From: Candidatus Kapaibacterium sp.
GTDB lineage: Bacteria > Bacteroidota > Ignavibacteria > Kapaibacteriales > UBA2268
DNA length: 64,000 nt
Reading direction: 5' to 3'
NCBI GenBank assembly: GCA_938031175.1
Contig: CALHGZ010000007.1
Coordinates: 2,999 to 66,998, forward strand
This document shows, piece by piece, positions 30,098 through 39,825 of this stretch. A program made the translations under genes and the position numbers. Under the pieces are notes generated by a model. It worked only from the letters and a program-made list of their open reading frames with translations, did no database searches and was not told the DNA's origin. Numbering within the stretch: position 1 is the first letter of the stretch; every line of letters begins with the position of its first letter.

Positions 30098-30592
30098 CTA
30101 ACTAAACTTCTCTTTTAATTTCAATGAAACAATACCAGGAACGAAATCACTAACATCCTGCCCATAACGTGCCAATTCACGAACAATGGTTGAATTCAAA
30201 TATGTATACTTTTCGTGGGGCATCATAAATAAAGTATAAACATTTGGTTCCAATTTTCTATTCATCAAGGCTATTTGAAATTCGTATTCGAAATCGGAAA
30301 CTGCACGAATTCCTCGAATGAGTGCAATTGCTTTCTTTTCTCGCGCCAGTTCCACAGTTAAACCTCTATGGGTTATTACTTCGACATTACTGATATGAGA
30401 AAGGGAACTCCTTGTTAATTCGAGTCTTTCATTTTCGTTGAATAAAGTTTGTTTTCTGGAATTAATTGCAATCACGACTATGACTTTGTCAAACATTTGA
30501 CAAGCACGCTCAATAACATCAATATGACCATTTGTGATCGGATCGAAAGTGCCGGGATAAATTGCTATTTTTTTATCTTTTTTCTTTGCCAT
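30098..30592 (-). CDS. coaD: pantetheine-phosphate adenylyltransferase
   Basis: YPGTFDPITNGH, RGIRAVSDFEYE. Confidence 0.96.
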   Translation of the reverse strand: MAKKKDKKIAIYPGTFDPITNGHIDVIERACQMFDKVIVVIAINSRKQTLFNENERLELTRSSLSHISNVEVITHRGLTVELAREKKAIALIRGIRAVSDFEYEFQIALMNRKLEPNVYTLFMMPHEKYTYLNSTIVRELARYGQDVSDFVPGIVSLKLKEKFS

Positions 30593-30874
30593 TTCTTTTC
30601 CTAATTATTCAGTAATTTTAATATAAATAAATTTATCATTTTCTTCAAATCATATTTTATCAGTTAAATAACAGGCATAAGTTTGTCGGTGTTAATCGAT
30701 CTAATTTATTTCTGATTCAAAAGTTTAAGCATATATTCAGAAATAACTTATATTAGAGTAATTTCATAGAAGCAACAAAGAAATTGCTATAAATTCAATA
30801 TCAACACACTATTGTATTAACGAGCAGCTACATAGAAAAGGAATTTATGAGCTTATTATTTAGCACATAAATTT

Positions 30875-31831
30875 TTAAGAGAAGAATTTACTTAGTTTAT
30901 CAAGATCAATATTGCCTCCGGATAATATAATACCTACTTTTTTTTCGATAAAAATATTCTGGTATTCTAAAATTGCTGCTAAAGGAACTGCAGCTGAGGG
31001 TTCAACAAGCAATTTCATTCTAGAAAATATTAATTTCATAGCCGTTATTATTGATTCATCCTGAACTGTAAAAATATCATCAACAAGTGTGTTTACAATC
31101 GGGAAAGTTTTATCGCCTAACGATGTTAATAAACCATCAGCAATTGTTTTAGGATTAACAGATGGAATAATGTATCCTGCTTTTTTTGAACGGAAGGCAT
31201 CATCAGCGCCTTTGGGTTCTGCTGCAATAATTTTTATTTTAGGATTACTCCCTTTTGTTGCTATTGCTGTACCACTTATCAAGCCGCCACCACCGATTGG
31301 TGCTATTATAATGTCTAAATCTGGATAATCAATTAGAAATTCAAGAGCAGTAGTCCCTTGACCTGCAATTACATTATAATCATTATATGGATGAATAAAT
31401 TCAGCTCCAGAACTATTAATAAATTGTTCAAGAGTTTTTTCGCGAGCTTGTAAAGTCGGTTCGCAAAATATTATTTCAGCACCATAAGAACGAACAGCAT
31501 CTACTTTAACTTTTGGTGCCGAATTCGGCATAATTACTGTCGCATTAGTTCCAAGAATATTTGCTGAATAAGCAAGAGCTTGTGCAAAATTACCTGATGA
31601 ATGTGTTGCAACACCATTTATTAATTGTTCTGGCGATAATTGTAATATTGCATTCAATGCTCCTCGTGTCTTGAATGCTCCTACTTTTTGGAAATTCTCG
31701 CATTTAAAATACAGCTTTGCTGAAAACAAATCATTAAGTTTTTGTGAAGTAAAAACGGGTGTATGATGAATATATCTTTTTATCCTTCCATAACTTGCTA
31801 TTATGTCATTGAAATCTGGTTTAATTATCAT
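30875..31831 (-). CDS. PLP-dependent threonine/serine dehydratase (serine racemase-like)
   Basis: KCENFQKVGAFKTRGA, SSGN, PIGGGGL, LSGGN. Confidence 0.88.
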   Translation of the reverse strand: MIIKPDFNDIIASYGRIKRYIHHTPVFTSQKLNDLFSAKLYFKCENFQKVGAFKTRGALNAILQLSPEQLINGVATHSSGNFAQALAYSANILGTNATVIMPNSAPKVKVDAVRSYGAEIIFCEPTLQAREKTLEQFINSSGAEFIHPYNDYNVIAGQGTTALEFLIDYPDLDIIIAPIGGGGLISGTAIATKGSNPKIKIIAAEPKGADDAFRSKKAGYIIPSVNPKTIADGLLTSLGDKTFPIVNTLVDDIFTVQDESIITAMKLIFSRMKLLVEPSAAVPLAAILEYQNIFIEKKVGIILSGGNIDLDKLSKFFS

Positions 31832-33041
31832 CTCTTTTCTCTAAATCATATTTATTGATTTTCCTATATAAGGAACGTTCGCTTATGCCAAGAGCATTTG
31901 CTGCATTTCGCCTGTTTCCGTTGTATTTTTCAAGTGCTATTTCTATCAATTGCTTTTCTATATCCTCAAGATTTAATGAATCGAGATTAATTTTATCTAT
32001 TTCCTTTTCTATTGAATAATTTTTTATGTTTTTTGCTGGATTTTGATTAAAGCTAATATTTTCGATTTTTTCATTGAGATTAAGGATAATTTCTTTCAAA
32101 TCATTAATAGAATTTCGCAATTCGAGTAGTGTACGAAAAATTAAACCAAGTTCAAATTGTTGAGCATATTCATTCTTGATGGTTTGAATTATAGAGCGTT
32201 CGTATGGCATATCTCTTGCCTCATGTGCAGGCAAAGCTGCTGGCAGATAGCGACTTAGAATCTGTGGAGTGATATAATCGCCTTTTTCAATCGTAACAAT
32301 TGTTTCCACAAGATTTTTCAGTTCTCTAATGTTACCTTTCCAGTGTAAACTTTTCAAAATATCTAAAGCATCGAGTGAAATTCCCTGATACCTAATTCCA
32401 AGTTTTGAACAGGTTTTTTCTGCAAAATAATCTACTAATTGAGGAATATCTTCAATATGTTTTCTGAGAGGAGGTAATTTGATATGTACTGCATTCAATC
32501 TATAGAATAAGTCTTCTCTGAATTTACCTTGTGCAACTTCAATTTCCAATTCTCTATTGGTAGCAGCAATAAGCCGAACATCAACTTTATGAAGAGTTGA
32601 AGAACCTAATCTGGAAAATTCACCGGATTCAAGTACTCTTAATAGCTTTACCTGTGTCCCAAGTGGCATTTCACCAATTTCATCAAGGAAAATAGTACCT
32701 TTGTGAGCTGATTCAAAAAAACCTGTCCTTTGGTCTATAGCACCTGTGAATGCACCTTTTTCGTGACCAAAAAGTTCAGACTCTAATAGTGTCTCGGGTA
32801 TCGCTCCGCAATTGACGCTAACCATTGGATATTTCCTTCTATTGCTCATACCATGAATAGCATTAGCAAAGACTTCCTTGCCCGTACCTGTTTCCCCCGT
32901 TATAAGTACCGGTAAATCAGTCGGAGCAACTTGAATAACTTTTTCTATTGCAGAGATAATTTCCGGTGAATTTCCAATGATACCATAGCGCATTTGCACC
33001 AGATTGATAGAAATGTTATTTCTTTCTTCGCTATATTCCAT
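31821..33041 (-). CDS. sigma-54-interacting AAA+ Fis-family transcriptional regulator (no N-terminal receiver)
   Basis: GETGTGKE, ESELFGHEKGAFTGA, LDEIG, C-term HTH; start placed at MEYSEE (33041) to avoid overlap with the upstream gene. Confidence 0.88.
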   Translation of the reverse strand: MEYSEERNNISINLVQMRYGIIGNSPEIISAIEKVIQVAPTDLPVLITGETGTGKEVFANAIHGMSNRRKYPMVSVNCGAIPETLLESELFGHEKGAFTGAIDQRTGFFESAHKGTIFLDEIGEMPLGTQVKLLRVLESGEFSRLGSSTLHKVDVRLIAATNRELEIEVAQGKFREDLFYRLNAVHIKLPPLRKHIEDIPQLVDYFAEKTCSKLGIRYQGISLDALDILKSLHWKGNIRELKNLVETIVTIEKGDYITPQILSRYLPAALPAHEARDMPYERSIIQTIKNEYAQQFELGLIFRTLLELRNSINDLKEIILNLNEKIENISFNQNPAKNIKNYSIEKEIDKINLDSLNLEDIEKQLIEIALEKYNGNRRNAANALGISERSLYRKINKYDLEKRDDN

Positions 33042-33048
33042 GATTAGT

Positions 33049-33546
33049 TTAGAGTGGTTGTTTGTTTGACCAATCTTCCCAACCGCCATGATATATAAAT
33101 ATTGGTTTGAATCCAAAGTGAAGCAATTCTTTTGCTAATTTATGGCTCAAATCACAGGTACCACCGTCACAGTAAACGATAATAGTCTTATTTTGAGGAA
33201 TTTGAAATATGCTTTCTACGTATTGTTGTTCATCTTCATATTCGGGGAATATATTTATTGCCCCATCAATACAAGCTTCGTCATATTGATCAGGACTTCG
33301 TGCATCTATTAATACAAACCGATCATCATTGATAATTTTGAGCATTTGCTCATAACTCACAGTCATATCTAAATCTTTTTCCGTTGTTTCGTATGAAAAG
33401 TTATATAAGATAGAGTCGGGTACTATATTACTTGATACTTGTGTTGGTATAAGTGGTAGTGGAGATGCCTGAAATGCATTATAAATTAATCCTATGGTCG
33501 AGGCGAAAATTAGGATAATGAGAATTTCTATAATCAGTCTTTTCAT
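33049..33546 (-). CDS. membrane-anchored rhodanese-domain protein
   Basis: N-term TM helix; LIDAR, IIVYCDGGTC, YHGGWEDW. Confidence 0.8.
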   Translation of the reverse strand: MKRLIIEILIILIFASTIGLIYNAFQASPLPLIPTQVSSNIVPDSILYNFSYETTEKDLDMTVSYEQMLKIINDDRFVLIDARSPDQYDEACIDGAINIFPEYEDEQQYVESIFQIPQNKTIIVYCDGGTCDLSHKLAKELLHFGFKPIFIYHGGWEDWSNKQPL

Positions 33547-33564
33547 ATCAACTCAAATTTGTTA

Positions 33565-33939
33565 CTAAAAATTATATTTTCTTTTAAAAAATTCATAAGC
33601 ATTAATTATTTCTTTTGCTTTTTCTAATCTGAACTTTCTTTCCTCATCTGTTAGATTATTCAAAGTATCAGGATGATAATATTTAATTTTTTTTCTAAAA
33701 GCTGATTTAATTTCTTCAATAGAAGCATTTTTATTAATACCTAAGTCCAAACATGCTTTATCAAAATCTGTATTATCAGTTTTTTGTCTATTAAAATTTT
33801 TGTATTGATTTTTACTATTTAATTCCTCAATTATTTTCTTCAATTCATAATCTTCAAGATCATAATAATATTCATCCTGCTTATCTTTAATTAAGTATGA
33901 TTTAGCAATTTTTGATATCCTTTTTAAAATCTGTTTCAT
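33565..33939 (-). CDS. small J-domain (DnaJ-like) protein
   Basis: LGINKNASIEEIKSAFRKKIKYYHPD...EIINAYE. Confidence 0.82.
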   Translation of the reverse strand: MKQILKRISKIAKSYLIKDKQDEYYYDLEDYELKKIIEELNSKNQYKNFNRQKTDNTDFDKACLDLGINKNASIEEIKSAFRKKIKYYHPDTLNNLTDEERKFRLEKAKEIINAYEFFKRKYNF

Positions 33940-33942
33940 AAA

Positions 33943-34485
33943 TTAATCTGTTTTTTGTTCATTAAAGCGAGCCAGAATGAAATCAACAGCATCATCAGGG
34001 GAATCAACTATTTTAACAAAACTCAAGTTATCCACAACAGAATCTGAATAAAATGCCATAGTTTGAGCTATTTCATTCCATTGCTCTCCTAGACAAACGA
34101 AAGGCTTTTCGCCGATTATACCTCGTGACTTGAAAGCCCAAATAATAGAAAATTCTGCTAAGGTTCCTGTACCACCGGGTAATACTAAATATGCATCAGC
34201 TATTTCTAATAATTTTAAGAGTCTTTCCACATAGTTCGAAGTTTGAATTTCTTCAGTAACATAAGGATTTTTACTTTTATCAGAATAGAAGCTTGTAGTT
34301 ATTCCAATTTTTTTAACATTCAGTTCAAAGGCACCTTTTAATGCAGCTTCCATAACACCTGTATAAGCACCAGTAACTATATCCACTCCATTTTCTGCAA
34401 GTCTCCTACCAATATATAAGGCGCTTTCGTATTCAAAACTTCCCTCTTTTGCTAAAGCACTTCCTAAAATACTGACTTTTGGCAT
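33943..34485 (-). CDS. LOG/lysine-decarboxylase-like family nucleotide-binding protein
   Basis: TGAYTGVMEA, ERL, LPGGTGTLAE. Confidence 0.85.
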   Translation of the reverse strand: MPKVSILGSALAKEGSFEYESALYIGRRLAENGVDIVTGAYTGVMEAALKGAFELNVKKIGITTSFYSDKSKNPYVTEEIQTSNYVERLLKLLEIADAYLVLPGGTGTLAEFSIIWAFKSRGIIGEKPFVCLGEQWNEIAQTMAFYSDSVVDNLSFVKIVDSPDDAVDFILARFNEQKTD

Positions 34486-34817
34486 ATCTCAAATAATATT
34501 GTAAAATTTAAAAGACGTAAATTATATATCTTTGTTTTGTTTACATAATAATAACATATATACATAAATCAATCACAAAATTTTAAGATTGATATTAAAA
34601 GATGTGGCAATAGATAATTTTAAGATACCTCGAGCTAAAACGATTAGTTTTAGTTTTCCCCACTATTTTTTTTGTTGTTGATTAAAAAGAAATATTTCTA
34701 CAAAGTTTGCAAAACAACAAAATATTGAAGAGTGAACTATGTTCATAATATTGCATTTTAGGAATATATGAATTTTGAATTGGAATTAAAATTTAATCGC
34801 TGATTTTCTGAATGTAT

Positions 34818-35111
34818 TCATATAAACTTAAGAAGAATGGATGCTATCTCTTTCCATTCTTGTTCATAACTTTGATTTGGCATAGATTTGTTAGCGATGT
34901 GGTACCAATAAGAAGCATTATAAATATCGGGTTCTTTGCGATGTAAATACGCGTGTACCCAAGCCGATTCCTTTGAATTTCTAGCCTGGACGATACGATG
35001 AGCTAAATCCCAGTCGCCTTTCGCATCATACCATAGCGCTTTTAGTTCAGGACTTAGATTCTCAGGGGGATATTCATGCCTAAGCGTGTCAATAAATTCT
35101 TTAATTGTCAT
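34818..35111 (-). CDS. conserved hypothetical protein
   Basis: 97 aa; WDLAHRIVQ...WVHAYLHRKEPD..NASYWY looks like a conserved uncharacterised family. Confidence 0.7.
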   Translation of the reverse strand: MTIKEFIDTLRHEYPPENLSPELKALWYDAKGDWDLAHRIVQARNSKESAWVHAYLHRKEPDIYNASYWYHIANKSMPNQSYEQEWKEIASILLKFI

Positions 35112-35117
35112 ATTAAT

Positions 35118-37898
35118 TTATTTTTTGGCTATGTTTGTCTCAATATAAGCGTGAATAAATTTGAAAATTTCGATCAAAACAATTATTGAGAATGAAACTC
35201 CGAAAACAATAAGCCAATCAAAAAAGTTTAATGGTGTTGTATCAAGTAAAACATTCATAAAATCAAATGATACGGCTGAGATCTGCATTAATATAGCGAA
35301 AATCATAACAGCGATTAATAGAGGATTCTGATTAATACTAACATTGTCTAATTTTTCTCCGTAATTTTCTTTGGAATTCATTAACGGATGTGGTAACTTA
35401 AAGAATAGGGATCTATTTATAGAACGGGAATTCTGTGCATTCCAAATCTGAAAAAATGCTAATACGCAAAATGCCATTGTGCGGGCTTTATCAAGGTCGG
35501 GATCATTAAAAGGAATCTCAAATATACTTTGTTCGAATCCGGATACGTAATAATAAAATACACCCAAAGTTCCAATCATCATCACAATTCCAGCAAAAAC
35601 AACCCTACGTATTATAGCCCAGTTAATTAATGGTTCGTCTCTTCTTCTTGGTTTGAATGCCATAACATTTCCGTGTTCTTTTTCAAAAGCTAAAGGAAAA
35701 GTATGAGTACCATCTGTTACTAAATTTATCCACAAAAGTTGAGCTGGTAAAAGTGGAAGAGGAAAGCCAAGAGTTACAGAAGTAGCTATTGTAAATAAAC
35801 CACCAAAACTTGTGGAAAGGATATAAATTAAAATATGCTGTAGATTATGTAGCACAACCCTCCCTCTTCTTACAGCTTTAACAATCGTTGCAAAATTATC
35901 ATCAAGTAGAATCATTTGTGCTGATTCCTTAGCCACATCGGTACCACTTCCCATCGCAACCCCAATATCTGCTTGTTTTAAAGCAGGTGCATCATTGACT
36001 CCATCACCTGTCATTGCAACAATCGAATTATGCTTTTGTAGTTGTTTTACAATTCTGAATTTATGATGAGGCGCAACCCGAGCATAAACATCGATTTTTG
36101 TTGCTTTTTCGAATAAATTTTCATCGTCCATGGAATCCAACTCTATGCCGGTAATTGCCTCGGGTTTTTCTTTTTCCGGAGCTATGCCTACTGTTTTAGC
36201 AACAGTTGAGGCAGTTTTGATATGATCACCGGTTATCATTACAACTCTAATACCAGCTTGATAGCATTGATGCACGGCATCAATAGCCTCTGGTCTAACA
36301 GCATCTTCGATTCCGGCAAAACCAAGGAAGGTAAGTTTTGATAAATTTTCTAATTTTAATGGCAAGCTTGATTTTTGCTCTGCATAAGCAAGAGCTAATA
36401 CTCTTAGTCCTCTTTGTGAAAAATTAGCTATTACTGAATTTACTTGTTCTAAATCTATATTTAAAAGTTTATTGTCCTTATTTATCATATTTGAACAACG
36501 GTTTAATATTTTCTCGGGTGCTCCTTTTGCGAGGATATATTCTTTATCTTGGTTTTTAGCATATACTGCCATTAATTGATTCTCTGATTCAAATGGGATA
36601 TCAACGCTCACTTCCCATCCATTTTTATTGAAGCCGAGCTTCTCAGCTAAAATCATTAAAGCACCTTCGGTCGGGTCGCCGATTATTTCCCATTCACCGT
36701 TTTTTTCTTTTATGGATGATTCACTGCATAAAGCTCCAATAATTGCAGATAATTCAATACTTTTTGAGTAATTTGCATTAATATGTTCTTCTGTATCTAA
36801 ATCTATGACTTTTCCATCTTTTTGGTAGCCAGAGCCCGTAACAGTATAATAATTTCCTGCTATCCATAGATTTGTAACGGTCATCTGGTTTTTAGTCAAA
36901 GTACCAGTTTTATCTGTACATATTACATTGGTACTTCCTAAAGTTTCAACAGCAGCTAATTTTTTTACAATGGCTTTATGTTTAGCCATTTGATAAATAC
37001 CAATAGATAGAGTAATTGTAACAGCAACAGGTAAACCTTCAGGAATAGCCGAAACTGCCAGACCAACCGAAGTTAATAGCATAACAAGTAATTCATTTCC
37101 ACGCAAAAAACCTATAATGAATATTAGTAAAATAACAGTCATAATGGAAATGCTAAGCCATTTACCAAATTGCTCAATATTTTTTTGTAGGGGTGATTCT
37201 GTTTCTTCAGCAGCAGCAACATTTTCTGAAATTTTCCCTAATTCAGTATTAGTGCCAACAGCAACTACAACAGCAAGTCCTCTGCCTTTTTGGATTATAG
37301 TTCCCGAATAAATCATATTTATTCTATCGCCTAAAACAGTTGGTTCATCTAAAATAACATCATGTTTTTTATGAATAGGAAAAGACTCCCCTGTAAGCAT
37401 AGATTCATCAACCATGAGGTTTTGAGCATCGATTAACCTCGCATCAGCAGGAGCACGTACTCCGCTTTCCAAATAGATAATATCCCCTACAACTAGGTCA
37501 GTAGTTGGGATTGATATTTGCTGACCATCTCTGATCACTCGTGCGGATGGGGAAGCCATTTTGCGTAGTGATTTAAGTGCGTCCGATGCTTTTCTCTCTT
37601 GAATAAAGCCTATTGTTGTATTTAATATTACTACAAATGCTATTACAAATGTATCTTTTAAATCACCAACAATTGTTGTAAAAATTGCCGCAATAATTAG
37701 TATTATTATTACAGGATTATTGAATTGCTCAAGCAGAAGTACAAAATTCGATTTTTCTTTATAAATCTGTAATTTATTTTCGCCGTATTCTTTTTTTCGT
37801 TTTTCAACTTCTTTGGATGAAATCCCATTTTTGCTGTTTGTGGATAGTATTTTTAGTATTTCATCAATTGATTTACTGTGCCAATTTTTCTCATTCAT
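35118..37898 (-). CDS. cation-translocating P-type ATPase (type IIA, Ca2+-like)
   Basis: TGES, IPEGLP, DKTGTLT, KGAPE, TGD, GDGVNDAPAL, WINLVTDG; start 37898 preferred because TAATTTTG (37935-37942) overlaps the longer ORF start. Confidence 0.92.
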   Translation of the reverse strand: MNEKNWHSKSIDEILKILSTNSKNGISSKEVEKRKKEYGENKLQIYKEKSNFVLLLEQFNNPVIIILIIAAIFTTIVGDLKDTFVIAFVVILNTTIGFIQERKASDALKSLRKMASPSARVIRDGQQISIPTTDLVVGDIIYLESGVRAPADARLIDAQNLMVDESMLTGESFPIHKKHDVILDEPTVLGDRINMIYSGTIIQKGRGLAVVVAVGTNTELGKISENVAAAEETESPLQKNIEQFGKWLSISIMTVILLIFIIGFLRGNELLVMLLTSVGLAVSAIPEGLPVAVTITLSIGIYQMAKHKAIVKKLAAVETLGSTNVICTDKTGTLTKNQMTVTNLWIAGNYYTVTGSGYQKDGKVIDLDTEEHINANYSKSIELSAIIGALCSESSIKEKNGEWEIIGDPTEGALMILAEKLGFNKNGWEVSVDIPFESENQLMAVYAKNQDKEYILAKGAPEKILNRCSNMINKDNKLLNIDLEQVNSVIANFSQRGLRVLALAYAEQKSSLPLKLENLSKLTFLGFAGIEDAVRPEAIDAVHQCYQAGIRVVMITGDHIKTASTVAKTVGIAPEKEKPEAITGIELDSMDDENLFEKATKIDVYARVAPHHKFRIVKQLQKHNSIVAMTGDGVNDAPALKQADIGVAMGSGTDVAKESAQMILLDDNFATIVKAVRRGRVVLHNLQHILIYILSTSFGGLFTIATSVTLGFPLPLLPAQLLWINLVTDGTHTFPLAFEKEHGNVMAFKPRRRDEPLINWAIIRRVVFAGIVMMIGTLGVFYYYVSGFEQSIFEIPFNDPDLDKARTMAFCVLAFFQIWNAQNSRSINRSLFFKLPHPLMNSKENYGEKLDNVSINQNPLLIAVMIFAILMQISAVSFDFMNVLLDTTPLNFFDWLIVFGVSFSIIVLIEIFKFIHAYIETNIAKK

Positions 37899-37996
37899 AT
37901 TAATTTTTACAAATTCCTTAAATAAAACATATCTCAAAATTAATAAACAGTTTTGAATATAGATGTTTTACAAAATTGATATTCCAGGAAAAAATT

Positions 37997-38029
37997 TTTG
38001 GATAATTCAATTAATTTAAATTATATTTG
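37997..38029 (+). promoter_or_regulatory. Bacteroidota-type -33/-7 promoter upstream of candidate ncRNA
   Basis: TTTG (37997-38000)-N21-TATATTTG (38022-38029). Confidence 0.5.
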
Positions 38030-38031
38030 CA

Positions 38032-38174
38032 TATCAATCTTTTCTTTGAAATTCATTGAAGGTATAAACTCCCCCGCAACCGGAGAAACATACCTCATCT
38101 CTATCTCAGCACATTGTGGCGGCTCTATTTCGTGCTCTATTTCTCTTCTTACTCCACGGCGGGGGAGCTTTTTT
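38032..38174 (+). ncRNA. candidate structured small RNA
   Basis: CTCCCCCGC (38069-77) pairs with GCGGGGGAG (38159-67); inner GGAG/CTCC and AGCAC/GTGCT helices; three CTCTAT motifs; T6 tail; GC-rich island in an AT-rich intergenic region. Confidence 0.55.
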
Positions 38175-38268
38175 AATTATATAGCGGTTAATTCTTTTTA
38201 TTTGTATCAGATTTAATTCAAAATTCAAAGCAAATAGAAATAACATTATTTGGTTCATAATGGGCTTT

Positions 38269-38517
38269 TTATCCGTGGATTATTTTCATAACTAAAATTA
38301 TTGATGCAAGGCTAAGCGTTAGCAAATTTGCAACTATAATTGGCAAAGATGATAACAATATTCCATAAACAAGCCACAATGCGACCCCCAGAGTGAATAT
38401 GATATACATACCAAGAGAGATGTCTTCTGTTTTTCTAGTTTTTATTACCTTTATTACTTGTGGTAAAAATGCCAATGTGGTTAAAAATCCAGCTGTAAAT
38501 CCAAGTATATCAATCAT
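38269..38517 (-). CDS. SemiSWEET (PQ-loop) sugar transporter
   Basis: 82 aa, 3 TM; AFLPQVIK, ISLGMY, LWLVYG, PIIVAN. Confidence 0.88.
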   Translation of the reverse strand: MIDILGFTAGFLTTLAFLPQVIKVIKTRKTEDISLGMYIIFTLGVALWLVYGILLSSLPIIVANLLTLSLASIILVMKIIHG

Positions 38518-39127
38518 TTATTAACTCATTTTTGTTATTTTCCCATAATTTTCCAGAATTGATTAAAGACATAGCCCTTGCGGGTCCAAGCCTTATAAAT
38601 GCTTCAATTGCGTCAACCGCTTTTTTAATCATCAAATCTCTTTCATTTAATTCATCTTCCTTGAAATCGGAAAGTACATAATCTACTAATTCGCCCTTTC
38701 CAAAATTTTTACCAATCCCGCATCGCAATCTCCAGAAATTTTCTGTTTCAAGTTCATCAATAATAGAGGCAATTCCATTGTGTCCACCATCGCTACCCCC
38801 TAATTTAATATGCACTTTGCCAAGTGGGAAATTAAATTCATCGCAAATAACTATTAAATTTTCAGGCTTTATCTTGTGTTGTTTCATAACTTTCGAGATA
38901 GCTTCTCCAGACATGTTAACATAAGTTGTGGGCATTATTGCCATAATTTCATTATTATCAATGGATAGAGTTGTTAGTAAATATATATTTTTGTCTGGCT
39001 TTACCTGTTTTTTATATTTATCCGCCAAAGCAGAAACCACCATCCATCCAATGTTATGCCTTGTATTGGCATATTTTGTCCCTGGATTGCCTAATCCAGC
39101 TATGAGCCAATCTATTTTTTGTGCCAT
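38510..39127 (-). CDS. pth: peptidyl-tRNA hydrolase
   Basis: GLGNPG.KY..TRHNIG, PTTYVNMSG, GGHNGI. Confidence 0.96.
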   Translation of the reverse strand: MAQKIDWLIAGLGNPGTKYANTRHNIGWMVVSALADKYKKQVKPDKNIYLLTTLSIDNNEIMAIMPTTYVNMSGEAISKVMKQHKIKPENLIVICDEFNFPLGKVHIKLGGSDGGHNGIASIIDELETENFWRLRCGIGKNFGKGELVDYVLSDFKEDELNERDLMIKKAVDAIEAFIRLGPARAMSLINSGKLWENNKNELIND

Positions 39128-39144
39128 ATTAATGCAAAATTAAT

Positions 39145-39173
39145 AAGGGCATACAAATCATAAGTATGCCCTT
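39145..39173 (-). terminator. hairpin after rplY (probable terminator or processing site)
   Basis: AAGGGCATAC...GTATGCCCTT 10-bp perfect stem; weak U-tail. Confidence 0.55.
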
Positions 39174-39194
39174 GAAAAGTAGAATATTATAAAA

Positions 39195-39797
39195 TTAGCT
39201 TGACTTTTTTGTTTGTGCTGTAGATTCTGCCATCAAGGCTTCACCTCCAACGCGTGGTGGTATTACTGAACATACTACAGTATCGAGCGGTAAATCAATT
39301 TCTATGTTTTCAATTTTTGCATTTTCGAGTGTAAGCGAATGACCAACCCCAAGGTCAGTAATATCAATTTCAATTGATTCTGGTAGATCTTTGGGCAGGC
39401 AGGTAATTTTAACTTTTCTAAGTGTATGTTGGAGGATTCCACCAAGTCTCACACCTATAGATTGCCCTTTCAGAACGACGGGTATTTCAACAGTCATTTT
39501 TTGTCCACGTTTTATCCCCATTAAATCGAAATGCATAATTTTATCGGTAACGGGGTGGAAAGTCACATCCTTCAGGACACATTCTCTTTGGTAGTTAGCA
39601 TCAGTAATTTCTAAATCAATAATTTTAGTCGCCCGGGTATAGACAATTTCTCTTAAAACCATTGGTTCACAGTACACCGGTATAGGGGTTTCCCCTTTGT
39701 AATAAAATATGCCGGGAACGAATCCTTTTTGTCTTAGCTGTTTTGCTGATTTTTTCCCAACTTCTCTCTTTTTTACTTTTAGCGGTATAACGCCCAT
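39195..39797 (-). CDS. rplY: 50S ribosomal protein L25/general stress protein Ctc
   Basis: GKKSAKQLRQKGFVPGIFY, FHPVT...HFDL; prs-rplY-pth synteny. Confidence 0.93.
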   Translation of the reverse strand: MGVIPLKVKKREVGKKSAKQLRQKGFVPGIFYYKGETPIPVYCEPMVLREIVYTRATKIIDLEITDANYQRECVLKDVTFHPVTDKIMHFDLMGIKRGQKMTVEIPVVLKGQSIGVRLGGILQHTLRKVKITCLPKDLPESIEIDITDLGVGHSLTLENAKIENIEIDLPLDTVVCSVIPPRVGGEALMAESTAQTKKSS

Positions 39798-39825
39798 TTT
39801 TCCCTCAATTTATTGTTAGTATTAA

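Noticed and set aside
30860..30886. TTAGCAC near coaD-hrcA as a CIRCE
   Set aside because: Only 7 nt of the left arm match; there is no GAGTGCTAA right arm.
34028..35734. Perfect TTATCCACA boxes at 34028 and 35726
   Set aside because: Isolated and inside coding sequence; expected by chance in AT-rich DNA. They also temper confidence in the oriC call.
37998..38216. 72-aa ORF across the GC-rich element
   Set aside because: TTG start inside a promoter element, no SD and no protein-like motif; the sequence is better explained as structured RNA.
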